Source: an uncultured delta proteobacterium
Lineage (GTDB): Bacteria; Myxococcota_A; Polyangia; Fen-1088
Direction: 5' to 3'
Assembly: GCA_963737265.1 (NCBI GenBank)
Contig: CAVTRY010000022.1
Location: 224,001-288,000, forward strand
Length of the DNA stretch: 64,000 nucleotides
The notes below the pieces were generated by a model. That model had not been told where the DNA came from, made no database searches, and was given only the letters and a program-made list of their open reading frames with translations. Positions 1 through 10,235 of the stretch are shown here, piece by piece (position 1 is the first letter of the stretch; each line of letters begins with the position of its first letter). The translations under genes and the position numbers were made by a program.

Positions 1-1
1 C

Positions 2-3000
2 CGTGGTCAGGATGTCCGCCTCTCCGCCGAGTCGTCGCTCAGCGCCGCGGTGCGGTCCGACAACGCAGGCTACGAGCTTGCGCAGGCGCAAATCTTCAGC
101 AAGACGCTCTACTACGTCAACAGCCAATATTTCGACCGCACGCGCCTCGATCCCAAGCGCATGCTGGTAGGCGCGCTTGACTTCCTGCAACGCGACGTTC
201 CCGAGGTCTTGGTCGACCGTTTCCCAGAACGCGATCCCAAGCAGGTGACGGTGAAGGTCAACGGCGAACAAAAGATATTTTCCATCGAACGCGTGGACTC
301 GCCATGGACCTTGCGCAGCACCATCAAGGACATTTTCGCCTTCATCGAACCGCGCCTGCGACCGGTGGCGGCCAAGGACAAGGCGCGCCACCTGGTCGAG
401 ATCGAAATGACGGCCACCAACGGCATGCTCTACACCCTTGACCCACACTCGGTGCTGCTCGACGTGGATAGTTTCAAGGACATGCGCACCACCACCCAGG
501 GTAAATTTGGCGGCCTCGGCATCGTCATCGAAATGGATCGCAAGGGGCGCATCACGGTCAAGAAGCCCATGCCCGACACGCCGGCCATTCGCATCGGCAT
601 CAAGGCCAAGGACCACATCGTCCGCATCAACAACGAATCGACGATGAACATGACCCTGCAGGAAGCGGTCGATCGCCTGCGCGGCGACGTGGGTTCCTCG
701 GTCGAGGTCTACGTCGACCGCACCGGATTGCAAGCGCCCAAGAAGTTTTCCATCGTGCGCGACTACATTCGGCCGCCGGCCATCGATCCGCCGCCGCGCA
801 TTCTTGCGGTTCCGGCGGCTGGCGCGCAACCGGCGGCCAAGATCGGCTACTTTCGCATCGTCAGCTTCTCCGCCAACACCGACGCCGACCTGACCCGAGC
901 GCTGGCGTACTTCGAACACGAGAAGGTCAAGGGCATCGTCATGGATTTGCGCGGCAACCCGGGCGGACTTTACGACCAAGCCCAGAAGGTGGCGGATGCC
1001 TTCATCGAATCGGGCGTGCTGGTTTCCATGGTCGGCGTCGGCGGCGCGCAACGCAAGGACGAGCACGCGACCCGCAACGGCGACACCAAAGTTCCCTTGG
1101 CGGTCCTGGTCAGCCAGACCTCGGCCAGCGCGTCCGAGATCGTTGCCGGCGCGCTCAAGAATCTCGATCGCGGCGTGATTATCGGCGAGACGACCTTCGG
1201 CAAGGGATCGGTACAGATGCTGTTCGACATTCCGTCGCCGGTGCCCTTTGGCAAGAACAGCGAGGACGACAAGCTCGGTCTTAAGCTCACCACGGCCCAG
1301 TACCTCACCCCCGGCGACATTTCCATCCAGGGCGTAGGCGTGACCCCGGACATCGAGCTCGACCGCATGCGCGTCGAGAAAAAGAGCGACGAAGCCTGGA
1401 TCAGCCTGCAACCGTCCAATCGTCGGCGTCAGGAATCGGACTACGAGTGGCACCTCGAAAATCCCAACGCGCGCAAGGGAAGCCGTCCGTTCGACACCCT
1501 GTCGTACCTTTTCGTTCCGCCGCCCGGCAAGGAGCAGCACCATGCCGACGAGGATGAGCTGGATGTGGACGCCGACGCCGATGCCGATGCCGACGAGGTG
1601 GAAGAACCGGACGACGCCCGCATCGATTATCCCATCGAGTTTGCACGCGACTTGCTGGCTCAGGCGAAGTCGGCACAACGTCAAGAATTGGTCAGCCTGT
1701 CCAAGCCGTTTCTCGAAAAGGCGCGCGCGGATCAAGATCGAAAGCTTTCGCTCGCGCTCGAAAAGTTGGGCGTGGACTGGAGCAACGGATCTGTGACGAG
1801 CGACGGAGACATCCAGGCGACGCTCGCCCTTTCCGGCAGCGAGGCCAAAGCCGGAGCGGGTCGGCCCATCAAGATCCGCGGCACCGTGAGGAACACGGGG
1901 ACCACGACGGTGTATCGCGTACGCGCGGTCCTGCGCAGCGATAACCTGCTCTTCGACGAGAACGAAATGGTGTTCGGCAAGATCGCGCCGGGTGCAACCA
2001 AGACCTACGACTTGGCGGTGAAAATTCCCAAGAACAGCCTCACGCGCACCGACGTTCTGCGCGCCGAGTTTTCTGCGCAAGGCAAGCTACGCGCGAACAG
2101 CGCCGAAATGACTCTCAACATCGAGGGCAAACCTCACCCGCTCTTCGCCTACGCCTACCAAACCCTCGACGACGTGGCCGGCAATCGCGACGGCCGCGTG
2201 CAAAAAGGCGAACGCGTGCGCACCGTCGTTCGGGTCAAGAATATCGGCGCAGGTCCGTCGCTGCACACCGAAGCCATCGTCCGCAATGGCGCCGGCCAAG
2301 AAGGAATTTTGATCAGCGCCGGTCGCTTCGAGGCCAAGGATCTGGCGCCCGGCGCGACCAAGGATTTCTCGTTCGTCTACGAGGTCGGCAACGACTTCCA
2401 GGGCGACGAGTACCAACTCGAGTTGATGGTCGCCGATACCGTTCTTGGCGAGTCCATCTCGGACAAGATCAAGATCAAGGTGGCACCGCCAGGCCCGGCG
2501 CCCACGCCCGACGACGGCTCGGTGACTGCGAGCAAAGCCAACGTGCCTTTGCGCGAAGCGCCTTCTGGCGACGCACTCATACTCGGCTACGCAAACCAGG
2601 GAAGCTCCTTCCACGCCACCGGCAAGATTGGCAGCTTTAACCGCGTCGACATCGAAAGCGGACGAAGCGCTTTCGTGGCGACCGCGGATCTTACCCGCGG
2701 CGGCAGCGGCGCCCCAGTCTATCGCCAGGAATGGGACGTGACGCCGCCGGTGCTGTCCGTGAATGCGCCCACGGTGGTCACCGGCAGCCTGGTACATCTG
2801 ACGGGGACGGCCACCGACAACACCGAGGTCAAGGACATCTACATCCGCGTGTGGAACCGCGAATCCAAGCTGCCGCCCAAAAAGGTCTTCTACCTGCCAA
2901 ACAAGGGCGAGAAGACCCGGCTGTCGTTCGAAGCCGACGTCCCGCTTTGGCCGGGCAGCAATCTCATTCAGGTCTTCGCGCGCGAGAGCAACGAGGTGCA

Positions 3001-3058
3001 ATCGGTGCAGACGGTGATGGTGCTTCAACGCCCAAATCCCAGCGTCTCGCAGAAATAG
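2..3058 (+). CDS. S41-family carboxyl-terminal processing protease (PDZ + S41 catalytic domain + long beta-rich C-terminal extension; MXAN_5808-like), 5' truncated by the window
   Basis: PDZ motif GKFGGLGIVI and S41 motifs DLRGNPGG, SASASEIVAGAL, GETTFGKGSVQ. The frame is open back to the window edge, so the GTG at 50 is probably not the true start. Confidence 0.85.
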   Translation, partial: RGQDVRLSAESSLSAAVRSDNAGYELAQAQIFSKTLYYVNSQYFDRTRLDPKRMLVGALDFLQRDVPEVLVDRFPERDPKQVTVKVNGEQKIFSIERVDSPWTLRSTIKDIFAFIEPRLRPVAAKDKARHLVEIEMTATNGMLYTLDPHSVLLDVDSFKDMRTTTQGKFGGLGIVIEMDRKGRITVKKPMPDTPAIRIGIKAKDHIVRINNESTMNMTLQEAVDRLRGDVGSSVEVYVDRTGLQAPKKFSIVRDYIRPPAIDPPPRILAVPAAGAQPAAKIGYFRIVSFSANTDADLTRALAYFEHEKVKGIVMDLRGNPGGLYDQAQKVADAFIESGVLVSMVGVGGAQRKDEHATRNGDTKVPLAVLVSQTSASASEIVAGALKNLDRGVIIGETTFGKGSVQMLFDIPSPVPFGKNSEDDKLGLKLTTAQYLTPGDISIQGVGVTPDIELDRMRVEKKSDEAWISLQPSNRRRQESDYEWHLENPNARKGSRPFDTLSYLFVPPPGKEQHHADEDELDVDADADADADEVEEPDDARIDYPIEFARDLLAQAKSAQRQELVSLSKPFLEKARADQDRKLSLALEKLGVDWSNGSVTSDGDIQATLALSGSEAKAGAGRPIKIRGTVRNTGTTTVYRVRAVLRSDNLLFDENEMVFGKIAPGATKTYDLAVKIPKNSLTRTDVLRAEFSAQGKLRANSAEMTLNIEGKPHPLFAYAYQTLDDVAGNRDGRVQKGERVRTVVRVKNIGAGPSLHTEAIVRNGAGQEGILISAGRFEAKDLAPGATKDFSFVYEVGNDFQGDEYQLELMVADTVLGESISDKIKIKVAPPGPAPTPDDGSVTASKANVPLREAPSGDALILGYANQGSSFHATGKIGSFNRVDIESGRSAFVATADLTRGGSGAPVYRQEWDVTPPVLSVNAPTVVTGSLVHLTGTATDNTEVKDIYIRVWNRESKLPPKKVFYLPNKGEKTRLSFEADVPLWPGSNLIQVFARESNEVQSVQTVMVLQRPNPSVSQK

Positions 3059-3074
3059 CGCTGCGCGAAAATAG

Positions 3075-5345
3075 CTATACCGACGGCCAACTTGTCCGGG
3101 TAACCGAATCGTCGAAATGCAGAACGCGCCCTTTGCCGGCGCGCTTGCCCATCAGCAATGCGCGATCGGCCCGGCGCAGGAGCTCTTCCTGGTCGAAGCT
3201 TGAGGTCGCGGGATCGAACGTGGCGACGCCAAAGGTGGCACCCACCACGCCTTGCCGATCCACCGGCTCGCCGATCACGCCCTGGCGGATGCGCTCCGCC
3301 GCCGCCCGCGCCTGGATACCGTCGGTCTCGGGTAACAGAATCACGAATTCGTCGCCACCGTAGCGGGCCACGGTGTCGAATTCGCGCAGACTGCGGCGCA
3401 GGCGTTCCGCCACCCGCAGCAGCACGCGATCGCCGGCGTCGTGGCCGTGCTCGTCATTCACCTGCTTGAAGCCGTCCAGGTCGACGACAATGAGGCTCAG
3501 GCTGCGCAGGTGGCGACGGGCGCGGGCGAACTCGCTTTCCAAACGGTGGATGAGATGGCGGCGATTGAACAAACCGGTGAGCGGGTCGGTGACCGCCAGG
3601 GCCTCGACCTCCTTGCGCGCTTCCTCGACCGCGCGGATGAGCTGGGCGCCCTTGAGCGCCGCGCCCAGAACCAGCCGCAATTCCCCGTACACCCTGGTAT
3701 CGACGGTGCCGTAGTCGAACAGCGCCAGGCCCAAGCACTCGCCACGAAAACCGAGCGGCTCGACGAGAACCGAACGACCGTCAAGAAAATCCGCCGGCGC
3801 GAGCAAGGTCGAGCGATAGCGAACCGGCGCCGGCTGCCGCCCGTGCTCGGTGAAAATGAGGGCGGTCTCCAGCCCCTCGCTGACCTTTCCCGGCTCGGTG
3901 AAAAGCGCGATGACCCCGGCGTGGATACCGAGGCCGGGCAGGTGGTTCGCCGCAGTCTCGGCCAGGGTGGTCACGTCGGGCGCGGCCAGCAGGGCCGCGG
4001 TCGCTTCGGCAAGCACTGCCATCCGGTCCATGAGAGCGCTTCGCCGACGCGACTGCGCGATGGCCGCCAGGTTGCTCGCCGACAGCAGCGCTTCTTGGAG
4101 CAGATCCTCGATGCGCGCGCGCGTTTCCGGATCGCCGGCGCAGGCCAGAATGTGGCGGCGAAACACGACCAGGACGTCCTGCGCGCTACCGACCTCGCTG
4201 CCCTTGAGCAGAAGCTCGTAGCAGATGTTTTCCACAAAATCGAGAAACGATGCCTGGCCCGGATCGTTGAGTTGCAGAAGGAAGGAATCGAACAAGCGAT
4301 CCTCCCAGCCCTCGCTGACGAATTCGAAACCGCCGTGCGCGGCCCGATCGATATCCTCGATCAAGCGAGCCCGATGCATGCGCAGGGCCGCGCCTAGCTC
4401 TTTGTTCTCGCTGGTGACGTTCCAGGAAGGCACCGTTTCACGGTGGTGTACGCTGCATCCACACGAGCGACGTTTGACGAACTCGGTTTCGAAGGTCACG
4501 ACCTCGGCCACGCTTTCGCTTCCGCGCACCGCTGCGGCCAGAATCGAAACCGCGTGGCGAATCTGTTCGTCGATGGGTTGGCGAACCGTGGTGAGAGGCA
4601 CGCGTGCGTAACGCGCGAATTCGGTGTCGTCGAAGCCGACCAAGGCAATTTGGCGCGGAACATTGACCCCGCGTCGATCGAGCTCGTCGAGCGCGCCCAG
4701 GGCCATCAAGTCGTCAGCGCAGGCGATGGCGTCGATGTCGGAGGGTGCAAGGCCCCGCTCGCCGAAGAGAGTCGCCACCGCGCGCGCGCCGGCTTCGCGG
4801 GTGAAGTTTCCGGTGACCACGAAGCGCGGGTCGGCCTCGAGACCGCGATCCGCGGTGGCGCGTAGATAGCCGCGGGTTCGCGCTTGTGCCTCCTGGCTGC
4901 CCTCGGGCCCGGCGACGAAGGCAATACGCCGCAAGTGGTGACTTTCGACCAGGTGCCTGACCGCCGTATACATGCCGGTCTCATTGTCCATGAGCAGGGT
5001 GGTGACGCCGGCAAGCGCGACCCCCAAACAAACTCTGGGAACGGCGGCGAAACGCGCCACGAAGTCGGTCAGCTCGGCCAAGGTCGAGTGATGCCCGATG
5101 GTGTGGGTGCAAATTAGAAGTGCGTCGACGCAGTCCGGGCCAACGAGATCGTAAACGAAACGCTTGGGATCGCGCGAATCCATGCCGAGCACGCCGCCTG
5201 AGACCGCGATGAAGTCGAGACCATGCTCGCGCGCCGCCCGCTCCGCCGCGACGAGAACGCGCGTCTGAAACTCGTAGTCGTAGCCATCGGCCAAAAGACC
5301 CAGGCGAGGACCACGACATCGGGTACCAGTTTTTTTCTCAGCCAT
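3075..5345 (-). CDS. Diguanylate cyclase with N-terminal LacI-type sugar-binding domain (no HTH)
   Basis: N-terminal LacI ligand-binding motifs (DNETGM..AVRHL, ADDLMALGAL, VGFDD, PLTTVRQP). C-terminal DPLTGLFNRR, DLDGFKQVND, I-site REFD and RYGGDEF. Probable ATG at 5345. Confidence 0.85.
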   Translation of the reverse strand: MAEKKTGTRCRGPRLGLLADGYDYEFQTRVLVAAERAAREHGLDFIAVSGGVLGMDSRDPKRFVYDLVGPDCVDALLICTHTIGHHSTLAELTDFVARFAAVPRVCLGVALAGVTTLLMDNETGMYTAVRHLVESHHLRRIAFVAGPEGSQEAQARTRGYLRATADRGLEADPRFVVTGNFTREAGARAVATLFGERGLAPSDIDAIACADDLMALGALDELDRRGVNVPRQIALVGFDDTEFARYARVPLTTVRQPIDEQIRHAVSILAAAVRGSESVAEVVTFETEFVKRRSCGCSVHHRETVPSWNVTSENKELGAALRMHRARLIEDIDRAAHGGFEFVSEGWEDRLFDSFLLQLNDPGQASFLDFVENICYELLLKGSEVGSAQDVLVVFRRHILACAGDPETRARIEDLLQEALLSASNLAAIAQSRRRSALMDRMAVLAEATAALLAAPDVTTLAETAANHLPGLGIHAGVIALFTEPGKVSEGLETALIFTEHGRQPAPVRYRSTLLAPADFLDGRSVLVEPLGFRGECLGLALFDYGTVDTRVYGELRLVLGAALKGAQLIRAVEEARKEVEALAVTDPLTGLFNRRHLIHRLESEFARARRHLRSLSLIVVDLDGFKQVNDEHGHDAGDRVLLRVAERLRRSLREFDTVARYGGDEFVILLPETDGIQARAAAERIRQGVIGEPVDRQGVVGATFGVATFDPATSSFDQEELLRRADRALLMGKRAGKGRVLHFDDSVTRTSWPSV

Positions 5346-5506
5346 CAGCGGTGACCGCACAAAGTTTTTCCACTGACAAGGTAGTTCCGTCGCGCGCACG
5401 CTGCAAGGGGCCCCTGGCTGTGCGTCCTGGGCTCACATGCACCGAATCGTGTGGCACGTCGCTCGCCTCTGTCGACTGGCGCGCGCCCACTCTGTATAAC
5501 GGTTGC

Positions 5507-7834
5507 GTGGAATCGGCGGACTTGCTTCCAACCGTTGCCAGCCTTCCGGCTGGCCGCTTCTCGGCCAGCGCGCTTCATCGCGAGCTGAACCAATCCCAGG
5601 TCGAGGCCGTCATTTACCCGCCCAAACCGCTGCTGGTCGTCGCTGGCGCCGGCTCGGGCAAGACGCGCGTCATCACCTACCGGCTGGCGCACCTATTGTC
5701 GCAAGGCGCGGATCCGCGCGGAATCCTGGCCGTGACCTTCACCAACAAAGCGGCGCGCGAGCTCAAAGAACGCGTGGAGCGTCTGTTCGGCGGTCCGGGC
5801 GCCGGCATCCACGGCATGTGGCTCGGTACGTTTCACGGCATTGCCGCTCGCCTTCTGCGCCGTTTCGGTACGGCGATCGGCGTGCGCAAGGAATTCGTCA
5901 TCTACGACGACGACGACTCGCGCCGACTGATGTCGCGCGTGCTGGCCGACATGAAGGTCGTCGAAAAGAATTTTCCCGTCCGCCAGGTCCTGTCCTTGAT
6001 CGATCGCGCCAAGAATCAAGGTGTGACCGCGAACAATTTTCCGTCGGGAGACTACTTCGACGAAGTGGTGTCCAAGGCCTACCGCCTGTACGAGGAGCGC
6101 CTGACCGCCGCCAACGCCGTCGACTTCGGTGGGCTGTTGCTCTCTGCGCTCAATCTGTGCAAGGCCGACTGCACCGCCGCGCCCGAGTTGGCCCACTTGT
6201 TCGACCACGTGATGGTCGACGAATTCCAGGACACCAACAGCGTCCAGTACCGCCTGGTGCGCTTCCTGTCCCATCGCACCGGCAGCATCACCGTGGTGGG
6301 CGACGAGGATCAATCGATCTACCGGTGGCGCGGCGCCGACATTCGCAACATCCTCGATTTCGAGCACGACCACCCTGGCGCGGGCGTGATTAAGCTGGAG
6401 CAAAACTACCGTTCGACCAGTAACATTCTTCGCACCGCCAACGCCGTGATCACGCGCAACAAGGAGCGCCGGCCCAAGCGCCTGTTTACCGAGCAGGACG
6501 CCGGCGCGCCCGTGGTCGTGTTCGAAGGCGACAGCGAGCGCGAAGAAGCCGAGTTTGTAGCCGCCACCATCGGCGCCGATCTGGCCAAGGACGCCGCGCC
6601 CCGCGACTTCGCCGTTTTTTATCGAACCAACGCCCAGTCGCGCGTGATCGAAGAAGCCTTACGCGTGCGCAACATCGCCTACGTCATCGTGGGCGGCACG
6701 CGCTTCTACGATCGGGCGGAGGTCAAGGATCTGCTGTCGTATCTGCGCGTGTTGCAGAACCCCGAAGATTCCATCGGTCTTCAGCGCATCATCAACGTGC
6801 CGGCGCGCGGAATTGGCAACACCACCCTCGACCGTCTGCTGGCCGTGGCGACCTTGCACCGGACGAGCCTGTTCGCCGCGCTCGAGATCGCCGCCCAAGA
6901 TCCCGCAATCCTGGGTCAAGCGGCCCGCCGCAAAGTCGCCGACTTCTTCGCGCTGATGACCAGATTGCGTGCGGCGCTCGCCCTACCGCCGGCCGAGCTG
7001 GCGGAAAAGGTACTGGAGGAGTCCGGCTACCGCGACTTTCTGGCCGCGGACGCCAGCCTGGAATCCGAAGGCCGCCTGGAAAACCTGCTCGAGCTTGTTG
7101 GCCAAATGCGCGAGTACGAGCGCGACAGCGAGGAGCCAACCCTATCAGGCTTTCTCGAACGCATCACCTTGGCGTCCGATGTGGACGGCTACGATCCAGA
7201 CAAGGGCGCGGTCGCGCTCATGACCGTGCACACTGCCAAGGGTTTGGAATTCGACGTGGTGTTCGTGACCGGACTGGAAGAGGGCACTTTCCCGCACCAG
7301 CGCAGCATCGACGACGATGGGGCGATGGAAGAAGAACGTCGGCTGTGCTACGTGGCGGTCACGCGCGCGCGCAAGCGATTGTTCCTTTGTCGCGCCCGCT
7401 GGCGCCGGCTGTCCGGGCAAACCTTCGGCGGAATTCCCAGTCGCTTTCTGCGCGACTTGCCGCCCGAGGGAATCGACCACATCGTAACCCCGCAGCGATC
7501 CTATCAGGACGTGAACACCGAGGGCGCGGGACCGTGGCAAGGCCGCTGGAACAAGGACGGCGGAGGCACGCGAGGCTCACCCGGCCGCCCGAGCGCCCCC
7601 TCGGGTACAGCACCACGGGGAGAAATCACACGCCACTACGATGAAGGCGCGGCACCGGGCGGCGGCGGCGAAGGCGAGCTCGGATTGCGGGTCGGCGTGA
7701 AGGTTCGGCACGCGCAGTTCGGCATCGGTGAAGTGCGCGCCTGGCAATCATCGGGCGCCGATCTCAAAGTCACGGTGCGCTTTGCCAGCGTCGGCGCCAA
7801 GACTGTCCTGGCACGCTTCCTGGCGCGGCCATAG
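5507..7834 (+). CDS. uvrD: ATP-dependent DNA helicase UvrD/PcrA
   Basis: AGAGSGKT, TFTNKAA, VDEFQD, VGDEDQSIY, LEQNYRS, TVHTAKGLEF, EERRLCYVAVTRA and a C-terminal Tudor-like HAQFGIG. GTG at 5507 chosen as start because TATAAC lies 6 nt upstream. Confidence 0.93.
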   Translation: MESADLLPTVASLPAGRFSASALHRELNQSQVEAVIYPPKPLLVVAGAGSGKTRVITYRLAHLLSQGADPRGILAVTFTNKAARELKERVERLFGGPGAGIHGMWLGTFHGIAARLLRRFGTAIGVRKEFVIYDDDDSRRLMSRVLADMKVVEKNFPVRQVLSLIDRAKNQGVTANNFPSGDYFDEVVSKAYRLYEERLTAANAVDFGGLLLSALNLCKADCTAAPELAHLFDHVMVDEFQDTNSVQYRLVRFLSHRTGSITVVGDEDQSIYRWRGADIRNILDFEHDHPGAGVIKLEQNYRSTSNILRTANAVITRNKERRPKRLFTEQDAGAPVVVFEGDSEREEAEFVAATIGADLAKDAAPRDFAVFYRTNAQSRVIEEALRVRNIAYVIVGGTRFYDRAEVKDLLSYLRVLQNPEDSIGLQRIINVPARGIGNTTLDRLLAVATLHRTSLFAALEIAAQDPAILGQAARRKVADFFALMTRLRAALALPPAELAEKVLEESGYRDFLAADASLESEGRLENLLELVGQMREYERDSEEPTLSGFLERITLASDVDGYDPDKGAVALMTVHTAKGLEFDVVFVTGLEEGTFPHQRSIDDDGAMEEERRLCYVAVTRARKRLFLCRARWRRLSGQTFGGIPSRFLRDLPPEGIDHIVTPQRSYQDVNTEGAGPWQGRWNKDGGGTRGSPGRPSAPSGTAPRGEITRHYDEGAAPGGGGEGELGLRVGVKVRHAQFGIGEVRAWQSSGADLKVTVRFASVGAKTVLARFLARP

Positions 7835-7909
7835 TTCGTAGCTCATCAACAATTGCGAGAACGGGAATACGGGTCTAGCCTGGTACGTCCAATCTCGGGG
7901 GAGAAAAAC

Positions 7910-8809
7910 ATGACCCGATCCGCACCTTGGCTTCTCGTTCTCACAATTCCCGGCATCGTCGCGGGCTGTGTGGTTCGCACCGCGGTTCCCGTCGGACCAC
8001 CACCGCCGGATCCGCAGCCGGTGTACTACCAGCCTGCGCCCCAGCCGGTCTACCAGCCCGAGCCGCCGCCGTCCGCGCCGGTGGTCGAGGAAGAGTCGGT
8101 TTTCGTTCCCAATGCGCCGCCACCGCCGCAGCAGGAGTACGTTCCCCCCGCGCCAGGGCCCGGTTACTACTGGGTTCGTGGCTACTGGAACTGGAACAGC
8201 TACCAATGGGCCTGGGTTCCGGGCTATTGGGAGTATGCCCAGCCTGGGCATGTCTACGTCGAGCCGACCTATGTGATTATCGACGGGCGTTGGCAATACC
8301 GGCGCGGCTATTGGAATGAGCCCGGTGGCCGCCGCGAATATGTTCGCCCCTACGAACGCAGGGCTCCGCCGCGCGAAGACTGGCGCAGACCGGGCGCGCC
8401 ACCGCCCGCGCCTGGCTACGGACGTGCGGCGCCCGGCCGGCCCTACGGCGCGCCCGAACCCCAGCGTGGATTTGCACAGCCCGCCCAGCCTGGCCCACCC
8501 GGGCGCTCTTTTCCGCAACAACCGGGCCGCCCAGGCCCGATGCAGCCGCAGTCCCAGCAGCAACCCATGGGCCGCGCAGCGCCAACCTCGGCGACGAGCC
8601 CGCAACCTGGGCGCGAAGGACCGACCGCGGTTCATGGCGGTCAAATGCACACGCAGCCCGTGCAGCAGGGATCGGCCCCACCAATGGGCGGAATGCCACA
8701 CCGCGGGCCCGCACCCGCGCCAACAGCGGCGCCTTCCGGGAACAAGTCAGCAGCTCAGCCGGTTCACCCCAAGTCCCAGCCCCGCCGCGGTCCGGCGCCC
8801 AAGCCCTAG
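7910..8809 (+). CDS. Proline-rich lipoprotein with YXWGXW (WxxGxW) repeats
   Basis: SD GGGGAG before ATG 7910; hydrophobic signal ending IVAGC (lipobox); repeats YYWVRGYW, WAWVPGYW, WQYRRGYW; Pro/Gln-rich tail. Confidence 0.75.
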   Translation: MTRSAPWLLVLTIPGIVAGCVVRTAVPVGPPPPDPQPVYYQPAPQPVYQPEPPPSAPVVEEESVFVPNAPPPPQQEYVPPAPGPGYYWVRGYWNWNSYQWAWVPGYWEYAQPGHVYVEPTYVIIDGRWQYRRGYWNEPGGRREYVRPYERRAPPREDWRRPGAPPPAPGYGRAAPGRPYGAPEPQRGFAQPAQPGPPGRSFPQQPGRPGPMQPQSQQQPMGRAAPTSATSPQPGREGPTAVHGGQMHTQPVQQGSAPPMGGMPHRGPAPAPTAAPSGNKSAAQPVHPKSQPRRGPAPKP

Positions 8810-8819
8810 TCTCGAGTTT

Positions 8820-8842
8820 CCGCCCGCTGGGAAAGCGGGCGG
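8820..8842. terminator. GC-rich hairpin after the lipoprotein gene (possible terminator)
   Basis: CCGCCCGCT-gggaa-AGCGGGCGG perfect 9-bp stem 10 nt after the stop; no U-tract. Confidence 0.4.
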
Positions 8843-8876
8843 TGGCGCTGGCATGTGACGTGCACAAGCACGGAGC

Positions 8877-10235
8877 ATGCGCCTCATATTCGATCGCGGA
8901 ACCATCGTTATCCTCGGCAGCGAATCGCCCAAAGAGCTCGCCGATCTCCCGGGTGCGCTGTGGGATCCTCGCATCGGATCCCTGCGCTGTCCGGCCCGGT
9001 TTCACCACGCCCTGGTCGCCGAGCTTGGTCGACGGCGTGTCCAGTTTGCGGACGAGGTGGCCGAACATTCGGCCGCCAGTCTGATGGAAAACCTCGCCCC
9101 GGTTGACTTGCGGCCTTATCAAGAAGCGGCGCTCGCCGCGTGGGACCTGGCGGGCCGGCGCGGAACGGCAGTGCTGCCGACGGGGGCAGGCAAGACCCGG
9201 CTCGCCATCGCCGCCATGGCTCGCGCGGGCGTGCCAGCGCTTTGCCTCGTTCCCACGCGCGTTCTGCTCGACCAGTGGGCGCGCGCCATTCAGGAAATCC
9301 TCGCCATCGTGCCGGGACGCCTGGGCGATGGCGAGAGGCGAATCGACAGCCTCACCGTGGCGACGTTCGAGAGCGGCTGGCGCCACATGCATCGTTTGGG
9401 AAACCAATTCGGCATGGTCGTGGTCGACGAGGCACACCACTTTGGCAACGGCATGCGCGACGAGGCGCTCGACATGTGCATCGCGCCCCTGCGCCTCGGA
9501 CTGACCGCGACCAAGCCGCGCGGGCAGCCGGCGGCGAGGCTTGCCGAATTGGTCGGCCCCACGGTGTACGAGCTTCGCGTCGACGAGCTCACTGGGGAAT
9601 TTCTCGCACCCTACGACGCCGTGGTGCTGCATCTCGATCTCACCGTCGAGGAACGCGCCCACTACGACGAGCTGATGGCGACGTTCCGCGACGTCATGGG
9701 CGGCTATCGTCGCTTCCACCCCGAAGCAAGCTGGGACGAATTCGCCACGGCGGCGGCACGTACCGACGCCGGCCGGCGGGCCATTTCAGCCTGGCATCGC
9801 GCGCGCAAGCTCATCGCCTTTCCCGCCGCCAAGCGCGCCATGGTGGGCACCCTGCTCGAACGCCATCGAGCTACGCCCACCATCGTCTTCACGGCGGACA
9901 ATCCGACGGCTTATGCCATCAGCCGCGAGCACCTCATCATGCCGCTGACCTGCGATATCAAACGCAAAGAGCGCGAACGCATGTTGACCCTGTTCAAGCA
10001 AGGCAAGCTGCGCGCCCTGGTTTCGGCGCAGGTGCTCAACGAGGGACTCGACGTCCCCGAGGCCGAAGTCGGGATCATCGTGGCGGGAAACAAGGGCGAA
10101 CGTGAATACGTGCAACGCGTGGGTCGCGTGCTGCGGCCCCGCCCGGGCAAGCGCGCCCTGGTCTACGAATTGGTGGTGCGGGCAACGACCGAGGTCGGCC
10201 AATCACGCCGACGGAGACAAGCCCTTGCTGCCTGA
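8877..10235 (+). CDS. SF2 DEAH-box helicase, XPB/Rad25(SSL2)-like
   Basis: LRPYQ, PTGAGKT, VDEAHH, LGLTAT, LNEGLDVP, QRVGRVLRP and A.VYELV; N-terminal LWDPR..RCPA typical of archaeal-type XPB; SD GGAG. Confidence 0.85.
   Translation: MRLIFDRGTIVILGSESPKELADLPGALWDPRIGSLRCPARFHHALVAELGRRRVQFADEVAEHSAASLMENLAPVDLRPYQEAALAAWDLAGRRGTAVLPTGAGKTRLAIAAMARAGVPALCLVPTRVLLDQWARAIQEILAIVPGRLGDGERRIDSLTVATFESGWRHMHRLGNQFGMVVVDEAHHFGNGMRDEALDMCIAPLRLGLTATKPRGQPAARLAELVGPTVYELRVDELTGEFLAPYDAVVLHLDLTVEERAHYDELMATFRDVMGGYRRFHPEASWDEFATAAARTDAGRRAISAWHRARKLIAFPAAKRAMVGTLLERHRATPTIVFTADNPTAYAISREHLIMPLTCDIKRKERERMLTLFKQGKLRALVSAQVLNEGLDVPEAEVGIIVAGNKGEREYVQRVGRVLRPRPGKRALVYELVVRATTEVGQSRRRRQALAA

Noticed and set aside
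5452-5466. Sigma54 -24/-12 motif TGGCAC-N5-TCGC upstream of uvrD
   Set aside because: Imperfect -12 element, likely by chance in GC-rich DNA; a better -10 lies next to the start codon.
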